Assembly: GCF_001194135.2 (NCBI RefSeq) | Contig: NC_069001.1 | Coordinates: 25,655,674 to 25,719,673 of the forward strand | Reading direction: 5' to 3' | DNA: 64,000 bases | Source: Octopus bimaculoides | Taxonomy: Eukaryota | In this document: positions 13,011 to 26,772 of the stretch, piece after piece | How positions within the stretch are numbered: the first letter of the stretch is position 1 | Layout: every line of letters begins with the position of its first letter | Made by a program: the position numbers and the translations under genes | Notes under the pieces: model-generated | The model's input: only the letters and a program-made list of their open reading frames with translations | Databases searched by the model: none | What the model was told of the DNA's origin: nothing

Positions 13011-13429
13011 AAAGCCTGAGCGTGTGTTCACGTTTGTGTATACTTATAATGGTATAGGTATATATCTGTGATGTATATACGTATGAGTATATATTGGCTG
13101 AAATGTTTATAGCTTACGATAAATAAGTGTATGATGGAATTTTACAGTTTTTCAGAAGCTATAAACATAAAATTCAGTTGAACGATCATTCGATGCAAAG
13201 AATCATGTTATTTATTACATAAGTGTTATAGTTTATATATACAATAAACATTTTTATAAAATAATATTCATTTTTTATTTTATTTTTGAAAGAACGACTT
13301 TAGAACGAAATATATATCTTTAAATTTGATGCATATACGTGCGTGTTCGTGTAGGAACAACCGAAGACGTATTAATTTCTGAGTGGGAAGAAATCCGCCC
13401 TCCAACCTCAGTATTTCTGTTTGAAGGCC

Positions 13430-13660
13430 ATATATATATCTGTTATATTTTATCTTTTATTTGTTGAAGTCATTATTAGACAGCAGCCATGCTGGGGCAC
13501 TGCCCTGAAGAAAGTTTAGCCGAATGAATCGTTCCTAGTACATTTTTAAAGGTACTTTCTCTATCGATCTGTTTTGCCGAAACGCTAATTTACAAGGATC
13601 TAAATACAGTAAGACCTGTTCTCAAGCAATAGTTGGGGACACACACGGACACAAAGACGC
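13430..13660 (-). mobile_element. SINE family A, 3' half
   Basis: gccatgctggggcactgcc...ctagtac..tctatcgatctgttttgccgaaacgcta is the reverse complement of the family A 3' body. Confidence 0.7.
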
Positions 13661-14915
13661 GCACGCTCGTTGACATACACATGTACACACACATATGCGC
13701 ACACACACACACACACACATGCACACACGAGTGAGTGGACAAATGAAAGAAGGGCACTCAACTGTTTTGAACCATATATATATATATATATATATATANN
13801 NNNNNNNNNNNNNNNNNNNNNNNNNNNNNNNNNNNNNNNNNNNNNNNNNNNNNNNNNNNNNNNNNNNNNNNNNNNNNNNNNNNNNNNNNNNNNNNNNNNN
13901 NNNNNNNNNNNNNNNNNNNNNNNNNNNNNNNNNNNNNNNNNNNNNNNNNNNNNNNNNNNNNNNNNNNNNNNNNNNNNNNNNNNNNNNNNNNNNNNNNNNN
14001 NNNNNNNNNNNNNNNNNNNNNNNNNNNNNNNNNNNNNNNNNNNNNNNNNNNNNNNNNNNNNNNNNNNNNNNNNNNNNNNNNNNNNNNNNNNNNNNNNNNN
14101 NNNNNNNNNNNNNNNNNNNNNNNNNNNNNNNNNNNNNNNNNNNNNNNNNNNNNNNNNNNNNNNNNNNNNNNNNNNNNNNNNNNNNNNNNNNNNNNNNNNN
14201 NNNNNNNNNNNNNNNNNNNNNNNNNNNNNNNNNNNNNNNNNNNNNNNNNNNNNNNNNNNNNNNNNNNNNNNNNNNNNNNNNNNNNNNNNNNNNNNNNNNN
14301 NNNNNNNNNNNNNNNNNNNNNNNNNNNNNNNNNNNNNNNNNNNNNNNNNNNNNNNNNNNNNNNNNNNNNNNNNNNNNNNNNNNNNNNNNNNNNNNNNNNN
14401 NNNNNNNNNNNNNNNNNNNNNNNNNNNNNNNNNNNNNNNNNNNNNNNNNNNNNNNNNNNNNNNNNNNNNNNNNNNNNNNNNNNNNNNNNNNNNNNNNNNN
14501 NNNNNNNNNNNNNNNNNNNNNNNNNNNNNNNNNNNNNNNNNNNNNNNNNNNNNNNNNNNNNNNNNNNNNNNNNNNNNNNNNNNNNNNNNNNNNNNNNNNN
14601 NNNNNNNNNNNNNNNNNNNNNNNNNNNNNNNNNNNNNNNNNNNNNNNNNNNNNNNNNNNNNNNNNNNNNNNNNNNNNNNNNNNNNNNNNNNNNNNNNNNN
14701 NNNNNNNNNNNNNNNNNNNNNNNNNNNNNNNNNNNNATATAGATATACACACACACGAATCACAATGTGTGTATTTGTTTTTTTTTAGTATGGGTACATA
14801 GTTTTAACGACAATGGTGAATGTAAAATTACTACAATATTTTGGTGTGAGGATGTAAAATAGAAATCTTTGAGGTTACATAAATGATTCCTAAACGTTAT
14901 GAATATGTTAAAGTA

Positions 14916-14965
14916 GCTTATTCACTGAATTGTAGGCTTATTCACTGAATTGTAGGCTTATTCAC
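14916..14965. repeat. 20-bp tandem repeat x2.5
   Basis: Unit gcttattcactgaattgtag. Confidence 0.9.
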
Positions 14966-16439
14966 TTGTGACTGCATATTTTCTCCTGTCCTCAGATCAT
15001 CATATTCTCCATTGCTCAGCGCCGTGTCAATTTTAAAGAATGTTTTACTGTATAGATTACGTACGCTTTCCGTGTTTATTTGAATTGACTCGGCTTAAGG
15101 CATTCGATTAATCTCTTTTCGGATGCAGATAATTTAAATAATTTAAGATTTTATATTCTATCATATACAATAATTCAAGATTTTATATTCTATTATATAT
15201 ATGTCTGCATCATTATTGGTGCATTACGGCAACTGAATTATCTCCGATAGCAAAAGTTTTCCCTATTTGCATTTAATTAATAAATTATTTGAATACGTTT
15301 TAATTATTTAAATCAGTTCGTAAGTATTTTAGTTGTTTCTATCAGTGCACATAAAAACACGCAACACGAATGAAATCGCAAGCTCTGTTTTCTTGTCTGT
15401 AAACCCCGTAACTAGAGTGTATCTATGCCAACGTTGTATATAATACAATATCAACTAAACCTACTTCATATATTGGATGAAGCTGTCCTTGACTGTTTTG
15501 CCTGGAAACCAGTCGCTGTGATGATGGCTGGAACATTTTTGATCATAAGTCTTTCATCATAGCATTTTGAACAAAAGTCTTTGATCACAGGTTTTTGATC
15601 ATACTTCTTTTATCATAAACTATTGATTGTAAGCTAACATGGGGATGAATATAATCAACAGCATCACTTATTAAGTACCCTCTTCTAAGTGCAGTATATA
15701 GTTATGTGGACCCCTAACTCTATAATTATTGAATATAAATTATAGAAAGGAATTTCTCTCTCCTCTTTGAAAAGGATTAGTACAAGAATTACCGCTGCTT
15801 CACATGATATACATAAATAAGAATTAAATAAAAAAAATATTACAATATACATTTAGTAAACGGACGAAATGGTGCTAGCACTGCTGTGTGATTAAGTGTT
15901 TCGTTTCGCAACTTTAGGATTCATGGGTCAATCGCACAACACCTTGATCAGGTCGATTCTCATATAATTTCTCATGGAAAAAATGTACGAATGGTAATTT
16001 ATTGACAAACATTCAGCAATAGCTCTCGTACTTACGCATACACACATACGTTTATATANNNNNNNNNNNNNNNNNNNNNNNNNNNNNNNNNNNNNNNNNN
16101 NNNNNNNNNNNNNNNNNNATAATTCGCAGATGAAATCCAGATATTTTCTTAGTAGTGCTAAAAATATTCAAACTTATACTCCGATATCTTTAGAGGAGAT
16201 CATTCCACGAGGTTAAGAAATGCTATAAGAGGGATCGGATTGAGTGGGTATAGGAGCAATTATGGGGATAAACAAATTTGACACATCAGATATATATAAA
16301 ATATATTAAGTACATCAGTTACAAAATATGTACATTTGTATACATGCAAAACGAGAGAAATCAAAAGGTGGAGACTTTCAGATGACGAATCGATACATAT
16401 TTGTAACGCCCTTGCAGTGCCACGTAAAAGCACACAGCA

Positions 16440-17333
16440 CACTCTTTAAAGTCGTTTGCATTAGGATGGGCATCTAGGCGTAAAAAAACATGCCTCCTAG
16501 AAATGGGGCCACAAGAGATGTTGCTGAAATAGATAGGTGGGATTGACTGATGAAAGGGATCTTAAAACAAAAGAGACCGACAACACTATACTGGCAGTGC
16601 AGAACCAAGCTCTAGCCACAAACTGGAGGGCCAACCTTAGGTATGAGCAATTGTGTCGGCTGTGCCACATCTCCCACAGAGTGGATGAAACCATTGCCCA
16701 TATGATAAACGAATACTGTAGATACGCACAAGTTGTGGGGACAGGACGAAGTAGTGAAAGTGTTACATTGGAAGCTGTGCAGAAAGTGGGAGCTAGAGGG
16801 AGAGGCAAGACGGTATGGGAACAAATGGCAGAGAGTGGCAGGGTCGGAGGCTAGAAAAATTATCTGGGATTTCCCAACCCAAACAGATCAGGTGCTAGAG
16901 CATAACAGACCGGACCTAGTGGTGGCGGAGAAGGTGCACCACATATGCTATATAATTGACGTTGCATGCTCCTTCGACCCATGAACAGTCAAGAAAGAAA
17001 GCGAAAAGATAGATAAATAGATACAACCCTCTTACGTACGAAATTGGCAGGCTATGGAAAATGAAGGTGAAGATTGTGCCAATTATCTTTTGGCCCTGGG
17101 GAACAGTATAAAAAAAAACATCAAAAGGAATATAAAGGAAATTGGAATAGAATTTCCAGTAGAACTGTTACAAAAGATTTACCCCCTTGGCACGGTCAGA
17201 ATAATCAGAAAAGTATTAGATAGCTAAGGAGAACGAAGAGCAAGGTACCGTAGTCTGCAGGTAGTAAGCCTACAACGCGTGTAAGACTCTAGGAGATCAA
17301 ACAGAACATGTGATAGAGATTAATAATAATAAG
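16440..17333 (+). mobile_element. 5'-truncated R4/Dong retrotransposon: zinc knuckle + RLE + 3' UTR
   Basis: LAVQNQAL, CRLC..H (CCHC remnant), KIIWDFPTQTDQVLEHNRPDLVV..CYIIDVAC, RIIRKVLDS*, and an (AAT)n tail at ~17322. Confidence 0.9.
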
Positions 17334-18189
17334 GAGGAGAATGAAGGAGGAGGAGGAGAAGAAAACATGAAATAACAACACAGATGTGCTACACCAGGCT
17401 CTCCGTTCAAAAACAAATCTAATCTAATAGCATTGGTGGAATGGGATAAAGGAACCTGTAGGAGATTTGAAGGAAGCGGTCTTTCAACGAAAAACATCAC
17501 AAAAACAAAATTTTATTGCCATACGAAGCACAGTTTCTCCTATGCACAAAGTCTCAATGAAGCATGTGCGAAATCAACACCGGAAAGTTTACAAACTATA
17601 AAATATAAATGGAACAAAACAGTAAGTACATAAATTGAGTAATTACGAATACACTCGAATGTCTTCACAAACCTATATGTATTTCAATACCCATAGGACT
17701 ACACATACATCCTAATGTTTACACAACTACGTGAAATTTACAGGACACGCATACACGCATGTGAAAACATGTGACACAAAGAAAAAGAGAAAATAAAAAC
17801 AATTTTTATTTTTCGAACTAACACAGTGAACAATTCATAAGTTTAAACATACCACACAAGAAAAGAAACTATGCAGGAGATAGATCTATCAACAAAAAAA
17901 AAAAAAATTACAGATGAATTACAGATCTGTTAGCCTTAAGAAGCTACGTTACGAGCAATGTTTATATGCAGAAAATTCGGAGACATTGTTGTCTCAAAAA
18001 ATTAACCTTAAACAGACAGGTCCGTCCCCTAATGTCAACGTCCAAGCTCGTCATGCCTCAATGATAACAAAGCAACATATAAACCGGATAGGTCGTCACC
18101 AAGGATCGCGTAGTCGAATGATGAACCATATTCTATACGAAAAATCAGCTACTCGTTCAAATCTTCCCTGAATACAAAAGCTGGAAGTA

Positions 18190-20620
18190 CCCCACAACCA
18201 ACAGATGGCCATCTATGCTCGTCATTAAATAACCAAAAGAAATAGAATGAAAAGTGGTCAAGGGGAAATAATAAAGAAGTTCTTGAGGCCTTGTATCATG
18301 CCATGTATTTCCCCATGGATAAATCTAATATTGTACTAACCTACCTAAACTGGAGACAGAAACACCTTGAAGTAAGACACTACACAAACATCAGAAGAAA
18401 TGTTATAAAAAGAGAAATTACTAACTGAATTAGAGACCGACCAAAATAAACAATCGCTAAGGGATCACAGGAACGAAGATACAGCTAAAGAAGATGTAGA
18501 AAGAGTTAATGTAACTGATAAGCAAAGTGAAATACTCGCTGAACCGACCATAAATACCCAGGCAGCTGAAAATCAAATAGATGAAGAACGTCACAGAGAA
18601 ATTGGCCCAACAGAACTACATGATCTAAAAAATCAAATCATGATTGAATGGCTGAAAATTAAAGAAACCACTATGAAAGAACGCGACACTCTCCGAAAAA
18701 TTCGCTAGTCTAACCAAAACCTGAAAAATAATTAGTAAAATACGCCTTGGACTTAAGGAAATATTTTCAGCTAATGAGGTTCATATTACAGATCTCAACC
18801 ACCTGTACTATGCATCCACGAATATCTCAACGATACTATGCGGTGAAAAGATTAGAAAACGACAATTTTCTCACAAAAAAAGCCTACTTGGCAAGAGCGT
18901 ATTCAATACCAAATTCAGCAACTTAGGTCTCACATAGAATGTTTGAAGCACCTTAGGTTTGACAAGACTATAAACCAACGAAAATTTTAAAATTAAAAAA
19001 AAAATATATGAAAACCATATTTGACATCGATACAACCATAGAGACCATCAAGCGAAAGGTACGTTCTAAATCTGCCTGCATGGAACGGTATGAAATAGCG
19101 TTAGATTCTTCAAGGACAACAACATGTTGAAAAATAACCCAAAGAATGTTGACAGAAAGATAGGGAAAAATACCAGTTACATTGAAGTCTGTCCCGTCAA
19201 AAAAAGTGCAGGAATTTCGGAATAAAATTTGGGCAGAAGAACAAAGACAGAATGAAAAGTCCCCTTGGATTAATAGAATATCTACAAACATAGACACTCT
19301 AGAAGAGCAAAGGTGGGAGGGTATCAAGGTAGAGGATGTGAGATTAGCTCTCATGAAGTCAATCAAATTGAAGTCTCCGGGAAACGATAAAATTCCTAAC
19401 TTCTGGCTGAATGCCTTCCCAGATAGCCATGGACTGCAAACAAACTTTTACTACAATATTTTGCAACAACCAAGTACGATTCCCTCTTTACTAGTTAATA
19501 GTGTAACGTTCTTACTGCCAAAAAATGAAGAAGCAAATGAACCAAATTAAATTATAGACCCATAACCTGCTTAACAGCAATATATAAAATATTAACATCA
19601 GTCTTGACTGAATATACCTATAGCTTTTTAATAGAAAGTGGTATATTCCTTAATGAACAAAAACAATGTAAAAGTGGGTGCTATGGTTTTAACGATCAGT
19701 AACTCATCAATAAGATGAACTTGGAAGATTGTCACAAACGACACAAAAACTTTTTAATAAACTGGATAGACTTTAAAAAAGCTTTTGTTAGTCTACCACA
19801 GCTAGATTACGAAATGTATAAAATATCAACTACTCTGCGAAACTTCTTAGTTGTATGTATGAGATCCTTGAGAACCTCACTGAGTTTGAACAGTGACAAT
19901 GAATCTCTCAATGCTGGAGATGTAAGAATTTCGTGTAAGCATGTAAGATGTAAGAATTTCATTTTTCATGTAAGATGTAAGAATTTCATTTTTCCAGAGT
20001 TACTCTATCACCACCTTTCTTTTGTCTAGCCTTCGAACTTCTCTCGAAATTGTTCAATGATGTACAATACAGTTATAAAATGTTTGATAGAAGTATAAAT
20101 TATCTCATTTACTTGGATGGTTTAAAACTCTTTGAAAAAGCGACGAACACCTGCAGTGTTTACTAGCGACTGTCAAACAATTCAGTGATGATAGGATGCA
20201 ATTTGGCCTCGATAAATATGCAAAAGCTACGTTTATCAAAGGAAAAATGATAGAAACATCCAACGTTAATCTTCACCAGCAGAATGTGATAATGGAATGG
20301 TAGCAAAAGGGACTGATTGTTACCTAGCTTAGATATCAGGAAACCCCAAAATGGCAAAAATTCAAAAGATAGTGGTCATCGGAACTGACCATATCCTACG
20401 TAAAATACTGTCTGTTAACTCGCATTTTAAAACAAACTTATAATTTTCTTGTTTTCTTAAACATTCTCTAGAACAATACTACGTACAAAACCAAATATAT
20501 GACACTCTAGGCATAACACCAACATGAACTTCTAACTTGCTGTCTCTTGAGGTCTCCGGATGAGACTTGGAGCCAACTTGTAGAAACACAAAGCAACAGT
20601 CAAACATATAATAATACTAA
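18190..20620 (+). mobile_element. Long decayed R4/Dong element: N-terminal region, RT, internal deletion, C-terminus, 3' UTR
   Basis: KWSRGNNKEVLEALY; KSPGNDKIPNFWL; NYRPITCL; WIDFKKAF; YLDGLKLF (YMDDLKL-like); then a jump to KIVVIGTDHILRKIL and an AAT/GAT-rich tail. Confidence 0.9.
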
Positions 20621-20959
20621 TCATAATAATAATAACGATGATGATGATAATAATAGTCATAATGATAATAATAATAATAATTATGATAATAATATATACA
20701 TATATATGTGTGTGTGTGCATAAAATTGTACATGTACACAAATTACTCTGCATTATAGTTACAATATATGACCTGGACCTAGGGGACAATTATCTGATGG
20801 TTTTCATTTACATAAGTCATTTCCAGAATGATATTTGTATGTACATCGAGCGCAATATGTTCAATATATGAAACAAGCCAACGGCAAATTCAGTTTCAAT
20901 ACAATGTTCGCACAACCAGCCACGCAAATATTGGAAAGGAATTAACTCTAAACAGCGGT

Positions 20960-21208
20960 TTTTATTGATATACGCTTTCCAGACAATCTCTACAAATTTT
21001 TCGCTTTTGTTTTCCCGGACATGCAGTCATATAAAAAAAGACTTCATAGAATGTTGTCGTCCTCGTTGTATCTCTATAAATGGAAGTCTCTCTTCTCGGT
21101 ATAGAAAATAAAGTATGAGTGTAATTTAGGGGCGTGAAAGCTGGTTCGGGCAAATTGGCCGTGATTATATTGGCGCGTGTACATGTGCAATCAAGTGTGC
21201 ATCCATTC

Positions 21209-21248
<40 letters not shown>

Positions 21249-22630
21249 GTGTGTGTGTGTGTGTGTGGTGGGGGTGTAATGGGTAAAAATAAACGTGTAT
21301 AAAATTACACTCTTCATTTGTGAAGGATTCAAAAAGAGTTTGCATTTTCTGATGAAATACGATACTTTGCTATTGCGCTGATTATAGGTTGCATCGCCCC
21401 TAAATTTACAGAGGGGAAAATTCTGAAGCTTGGTTGTTCGTTCGTGGTGCAAAGGTCGATGCGTTCTCTGAATGCCATTTTTCTGTATTCTGAATGCTAT
21501 TTTTCTGTATTATGAATGCTATTTTTCTGTATTCCGAATATTGATCAGGCATCTACGTAGAGTCGTTCTTTGACGTAAATCGCTTTTAGTTTGGCTTATA
21601 TATTGCTCCCGACACCCTGAGCAAGTTTATACATATATTAGATTTTCCGAAGCACACGTGAAGTTGTTTTTCACTGTAAAACACTGAGCCTGTTTGAAAG
21701 AGAACTCTTTCTGATCCCTCAATTAGGTTGACCACAGTTAGGTGTTCCGCATTTTTTAACTGACGGTTTCAGTGTTGTTGTCGAGTGTACTTGGGCTTGT
21801 GTTAGGAGACTTTTCATAGATTTGGGTTGTCTTTTGCTTTTTATGATGCCGTGCGTTTGGAGGATTAAATTGATTCTCTGCTCCCTTTTTAGTGGGGGAT
21901 GTTCTAGAGGATGGTGTCGAACGCTGCATTGTTAAGGGGGTTGTGTGTAGAGATGTATGGTAGGGCTCTTGTTTTTAAATGCTTCTTTAGTTTGGACTGT
22001 CTGACTTCGTGGATGTTGCGATGTAGGGCACGTTGAAGGTCTATATCAACTAGTGATGTTGGATAGTTCCTGGTAATGAGTCTATCCTTTAATTTATGTA
22101 GTCGTGTGTCCCTTGTGTCTGTATTAGAGACCATATTACAAATCCTTTTTGCTAGGTTTAAGGGGATATTCATTCAAGTGTGTCTGGGGTGGCATGAGTT
22201 GAACGGTAGATATTGCTTGGAGTCCGTGGGCTTATAGTATATATCTGTTTCTATTTCGTTATTACACTTCTTAATGAGGATGTCGAGGAATGGAAGTTCT
22301 TGATGGCTATATTCCATTGTAAATTGAATGTTAATGCCCAGTCCATTTATAAGTGCTTGAAATTCTTTAAGTCTCTCTATCCTTTCATGCAAAAGAATGA
22401 ATCAGTCATCGTGATACCTTTTCCAGTTATTTTCTATGTAGAGGGAGAATTGGTTGCTGTATTTTTCTAGTATCTTACGATAAAGACTGATTAGTAGATA
22501 TCCCATGACTAGGTTAGCAAAGTGGGGCATTATTCTCGTCCCCATCGATGTCCCTGATTTTGTCGATAGAAGTTGTCTTTGAAGACAAAGAAATTATTGT
22601 CCAAGATGAATTTTAGCCCTTCTGTTACAA
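20960..22630 (-). mobile_element. 5'-truncated Penelope-like element (RT + GIY-YIG, Neptune-like), decayed
   Basis: FILDNNFFVFKDNFYRQ, WKRYHDD, ELPFLDILI, YYKPTDSKQYLPFNSCHP, KKCGTPNC linker, FTCASENLIYV*TCSGCREQYISQT, SYFIRK end. Clade assignment is inference. Confidence 0.9.
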
Positions 22631-22717
22631 ATTCACAAACCCATGCACAAAGACACACAAATACATTCACCCCACCACATATATACATATACATGAACGT
22701 ATGCAGACATGTATGTT

Positions 22718-22753
<36 letters not shown>

Positions 22754-23257
22754 NNNNNNNNNNNNNNNNNNNNNNNNNNNNNNNNNNNNNNNNNNNNNNN
22801 NNNNNNNNNNNNNNNNNNNNNNNNNNNNNNNNNNNNNNNNNNNNNNNNNNNNNNNNNNNNNNNNNNNNNNNNNNNNNNNNNNNNNNNNNNNNNNNNNNNN
22901 NNNNNNNNNNNNNNNNNNNNNNNNNNNNNNNNNNNNNNNNNNNNNNNNNNNNNNNNNNNNNNNNNNNNNNNNNNNNNNNNNNNNNNNNNNNNNNNNNNNN
23001 NNNNNNNNNNNNNNNNNNNNNNNNNNNNNNNNNNNNNNNNNNNNNNNNNNNNNNNNNNNNNNNNNNNNNNNNNNNNNNNNNNNNNNNNNNNNNNNNNNNN
23101 NNNNNNNNNNNNNNNNNNNNNNNNNNNNNNNNNNNNNNNNNNNNNNNNNNNNNNNNNNNNNNNNNNNNNNNNNNNNNNNNNNNNNNNNNNNNNNNNNNNN
23201 NNNNNNNNNNNNNNNNNNNNNNNNNNNNNNNNNNNNNNNNNNNNNNNNNNNNNNNNG

Positions 23258-23403
23258 TTTTTCTCCTTGTCTCCGTATTCTTTCTGTTGAAGAGCGTAGC
23301 TCGAAACGTCAAAGACTTTCCGTATTCCCGAGCGTCATACTAATATATACTTTTGTTATTTACACCACCTGTCCTCGTCTGTTGTTATTTTTTGTATATT
23401 CTC

Positions 23404-23410
<7 letters not shown>
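23258..23410 (+). mobile_element. PLE-like 3'-terminal repeat carrying an HHR (family 'CUGUUGA')
   Basis: Homologous to 31880-32030 (-) and 43480-43600 (-); ends at a (TA)n tract. Confidence 0.7.
23279..23315 (+). ncRNA. Minimal type-I hammerhead motif, A6U core variant
   Basis: UCUUU-CUGUUGA-A-GAGC(GUA)GCUC-GAAAC-GUC-AAAGA. Stems I and II are perfect; stem III is the loopless palindrome ACGU. Confidence 0.65.
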
Positions 23411-23441
<31 letters not shown>

Positions 23442-24797
23442 GTTTTTGTAAGCGTGGTGATTTCGAAACCTCAATCATATCGGAAGACATTTCTCCATTC
23501 TATCTAGCTGTGTGTTGGAACTAGGACGAGGTTTATAGCGATCCATGCATCTTAACTTATCTGTCATGTTTAAATTTCCACAGCAGCCATCAGGGCCGAG
23601 AATACAGGTCTTTAGTTCTCTCGTTATATATGTCCTGTTCTATATGTCTGCACTTGTGTATATGTATACGTTTGTCTCTCGATGTCTGAATATGCATCTT
23701 CATTTCATCCGAATTACAAAAGCTCACAGCATGTCTGCCACATGCCTGCAAATACATGAAATCGTAGCCATACCTTTTTGTAGTTTTTCTTCGTTGCATA
23801 TTAAGCTATAATATTGCGGCGTAACGATATGACATCATGGAATTGTTAATCCGTTTCTCCTCCCCATCCGTTTAGCCACCATATCCTAAATGCAGCGGCA
23901 ACAAGAACACGAAGAACAACTGGTTCCTAATATTAATGTGAACCCATGTAAACCATTCACTCTCTTTCTGTATTATAATATATTTCTGAACACGTAGCAA
24001 GTGATCCGTCTTTGCATAATTATTTCTTTATTTTTCTCCCTCCTTGCAGCGTACATCAGTTGTTTTGACGTATCAACCTGCGTGTTAAGCGATTCAAATA
24101 GTAAGCCTTTGGCTCTCTTCACAGACACTACTTTTGTAATGCAGATAGCATTTAATTTTTTTTTTATTTGTTCTTGGTTAGCATCCCGTTTGATAAAGTT
24201 TTTTTATTCTTATTTACTTTTGTTATTTTGTTTCTGTAATGGACCAATTCTCAGATCTATATAGGTGAATTAATATTAATAAGCTGTTGAAATCTATTTG
24301 TGTCTGTGTCGAGTGATAATGTATCGTTTCTCTGAACGTCATCAACACCACAGAAAAACCAAAGTAGATTCATGTAAATCTTTGCTTTTAAGCTGCAAGA
24401 TATTTTCCCATAAATATTAAAAAGCCGACAAGAGTGTTGAATGGCGGATTGGGTAGACTGTCAGGTGGAATGCCTTGTGGTATAACGTTAGGTGCTTTTT
24501 ACGTTGCATATTCCAATCCGGAGAAGATTGACCCTGTCTCACATTCATCCGGAGGTGATTGAAATAGTAAGCTGAACGTGTATATGCAAAATTGTATGGA
24601 TGTCTGTATGTAATATATATGTATGTGCGTCCATGCGTGTGTATGTTTGTATAAATATATGGACATATATACAGATATATAGATGTGTGTTTATAAAGAT
24701 GCATATATACATTGACATATATATGTCTGCGTTAATACTGGCATGTTCATATATACACAAATGAATGTATCGATATGCGTAGATGTATGTATGTATG

Positions 24798-24836
<39 letters not shown>

Positions 24837-25970
24837 TCTATGTGTGTTTATGTGTGGTTACTTCGTTTTTCTGTATGGCTCCATCTGTAAGTGATTGACG
24901 GTGTTTGGAACTTTTACCAGTTTTTATCTGTAAAAGAATTAAACATCGGTGTGAAATCAGAAAAATCAGCAATCTTTGATATCTGTTAGAGTGTTTGTTC
25001 TGCGCTACATGACAAACACACCATTATCGACCTCGCTGTCAGAAACACAATGAAACTGTGTGTGACCCGTTGAAAACCTGTAACTAACGACGTTATTGTT
25101 CACAATTTACGATATGAACGAAATAAAATAATCATGTTCGAAGTTGATTTATCTACATCCCTCTCCACTCTCAGCTCTCATTGTAGTACAATTGTTACAC
25201 TGATTCGTATTTAATATTAAATATCCTTCCAGAATACATGTGCGCTGACGAAGACCTTTATCTTCATCTATCTGGCTTCTCATTTATAATTCCTTAGGAA
25301 AATAAAATCGATTTTCTGCTTCATGATACAATAAAGACGATTAGTGTACGTCTATTTATTTATTTATATATTAATATATTTATTTAATTCAGAACAGCAT
25401 ATGTCAACAATAGCTGCGAAGATTACGGGTTTCTAATGGGCTAATCTCGGTGTGAGATATTAAAATGTTCTCGAATTCAATGGGAAACCAACATCGTAAG
25501 GGGATATATGCATTATCACCGGATTTTATGATTATCAGCATAGATTCTATGTTTTCTCTGATAAATATCGTTGTAAATTTCACGCCTCATCCTATATAGA
25601 CACAGAGGCTGATACACGGACAATCCCAACTCGTGTGCATGCACAGTTGTCTCCCCCACTCNNNNNNNNNNNNNNNNNNNNNNNNNNNNNNNNNNNNNNN
25701 NNNNNNNNNNNNNNNNNNNNNNNNNNNNNNNNNNNNNNNNNNNNNNNNNNNNNNNNNNNNNNNNNNNNNNNNNNNNNNNNNNNNNNNNNNNNNNNNNNNN
25801 NNNNNNNNNNNNNNNNNNNNNNNNNNNNNNNNNNNNNNNNNNNNNNNNNNNNNNNNNNNNNNNNNNNNNNNNNNNNNNNNNNNNNNNNNNNNNNNNNNNN
25901 NNNNNNNNNNNNNNNNNNNNNNNNNNNNNNNNNNNNNNNNNNNNNNNNNNNNNNNNNNNNNNNNNNNNNN

Positions 25971-26012
<42 letters not shown>

Positions 26013-26208
26013 CATGCACAAGAATAAATGTTTGTGTGTAGAAAATGTGTATGAGGACAGGGACGATAGATGGCGGAGGGGGAATATAAGTATTATGTAC
26101 GCATAACAAGAAATAAAAGTGCATATCCTGCCTAGAATCGAAATTTTCTAATTAAGTAAGCAGTAAATTTATACTGACTCTCTGACACACTTTTTTTCGT
26201 TATATAAA

Positions 26209-26593
26209 CATGGCCGTGTTGTTAAAAGCTTGCTTCCCAATCATATGGCTCCGGGTTCAGTCCCACTGCGTGGCACCTCGGGTCAACCAAAGCCTTGTGA
26301 CTGGATTCGGTAGACGGAAATTGAAAGAAACCCATCGCGTATATATATATATATATATATATACAATCCTAAAATGAAGAACACTTTTGACCAGCAAACA
26401 AATTGAAGCACACCACGTCTGATTATTTAAATTTGATTCCTGACAGACTGTTCTTTGATAATGTTGTCACTTGTAGCCTATGAGCATAGCGTGCCTGCAT
26501 CCCCATGGCCAGGGTTCTGCACAGGTAGTTGATAAAGATAGTAAATATTGATACTATTATTCCTTAGTCCGTTACTACAACCACTAACTGGGC

Positions 26594-26679
<86 letters not shown>

Positions 26680-26692
26680 ACGCGCGCGCGCA

Positions 26693-26772
<80 letters not shown>

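Noticed and set aside
13600-14801. Long ORFs in the supplied track (also 22530-23507, 25516-26124, 28369-28857, 31493-31938, 61635-62009)
   Set aside because: They are open only because they run through N gaps and dinucleotide repeats.
14916-14965. CRISPR-like array
   Set aside because: Contiguous 20-bp tandem units without spacers, in eukaryotic DNA.
22402-22404. TGA at the Cys position of YxDDCFI in the minus-strand PLE
   Set aside because: A single change in a heavily frameshifted copy, with no SECIS recognised.
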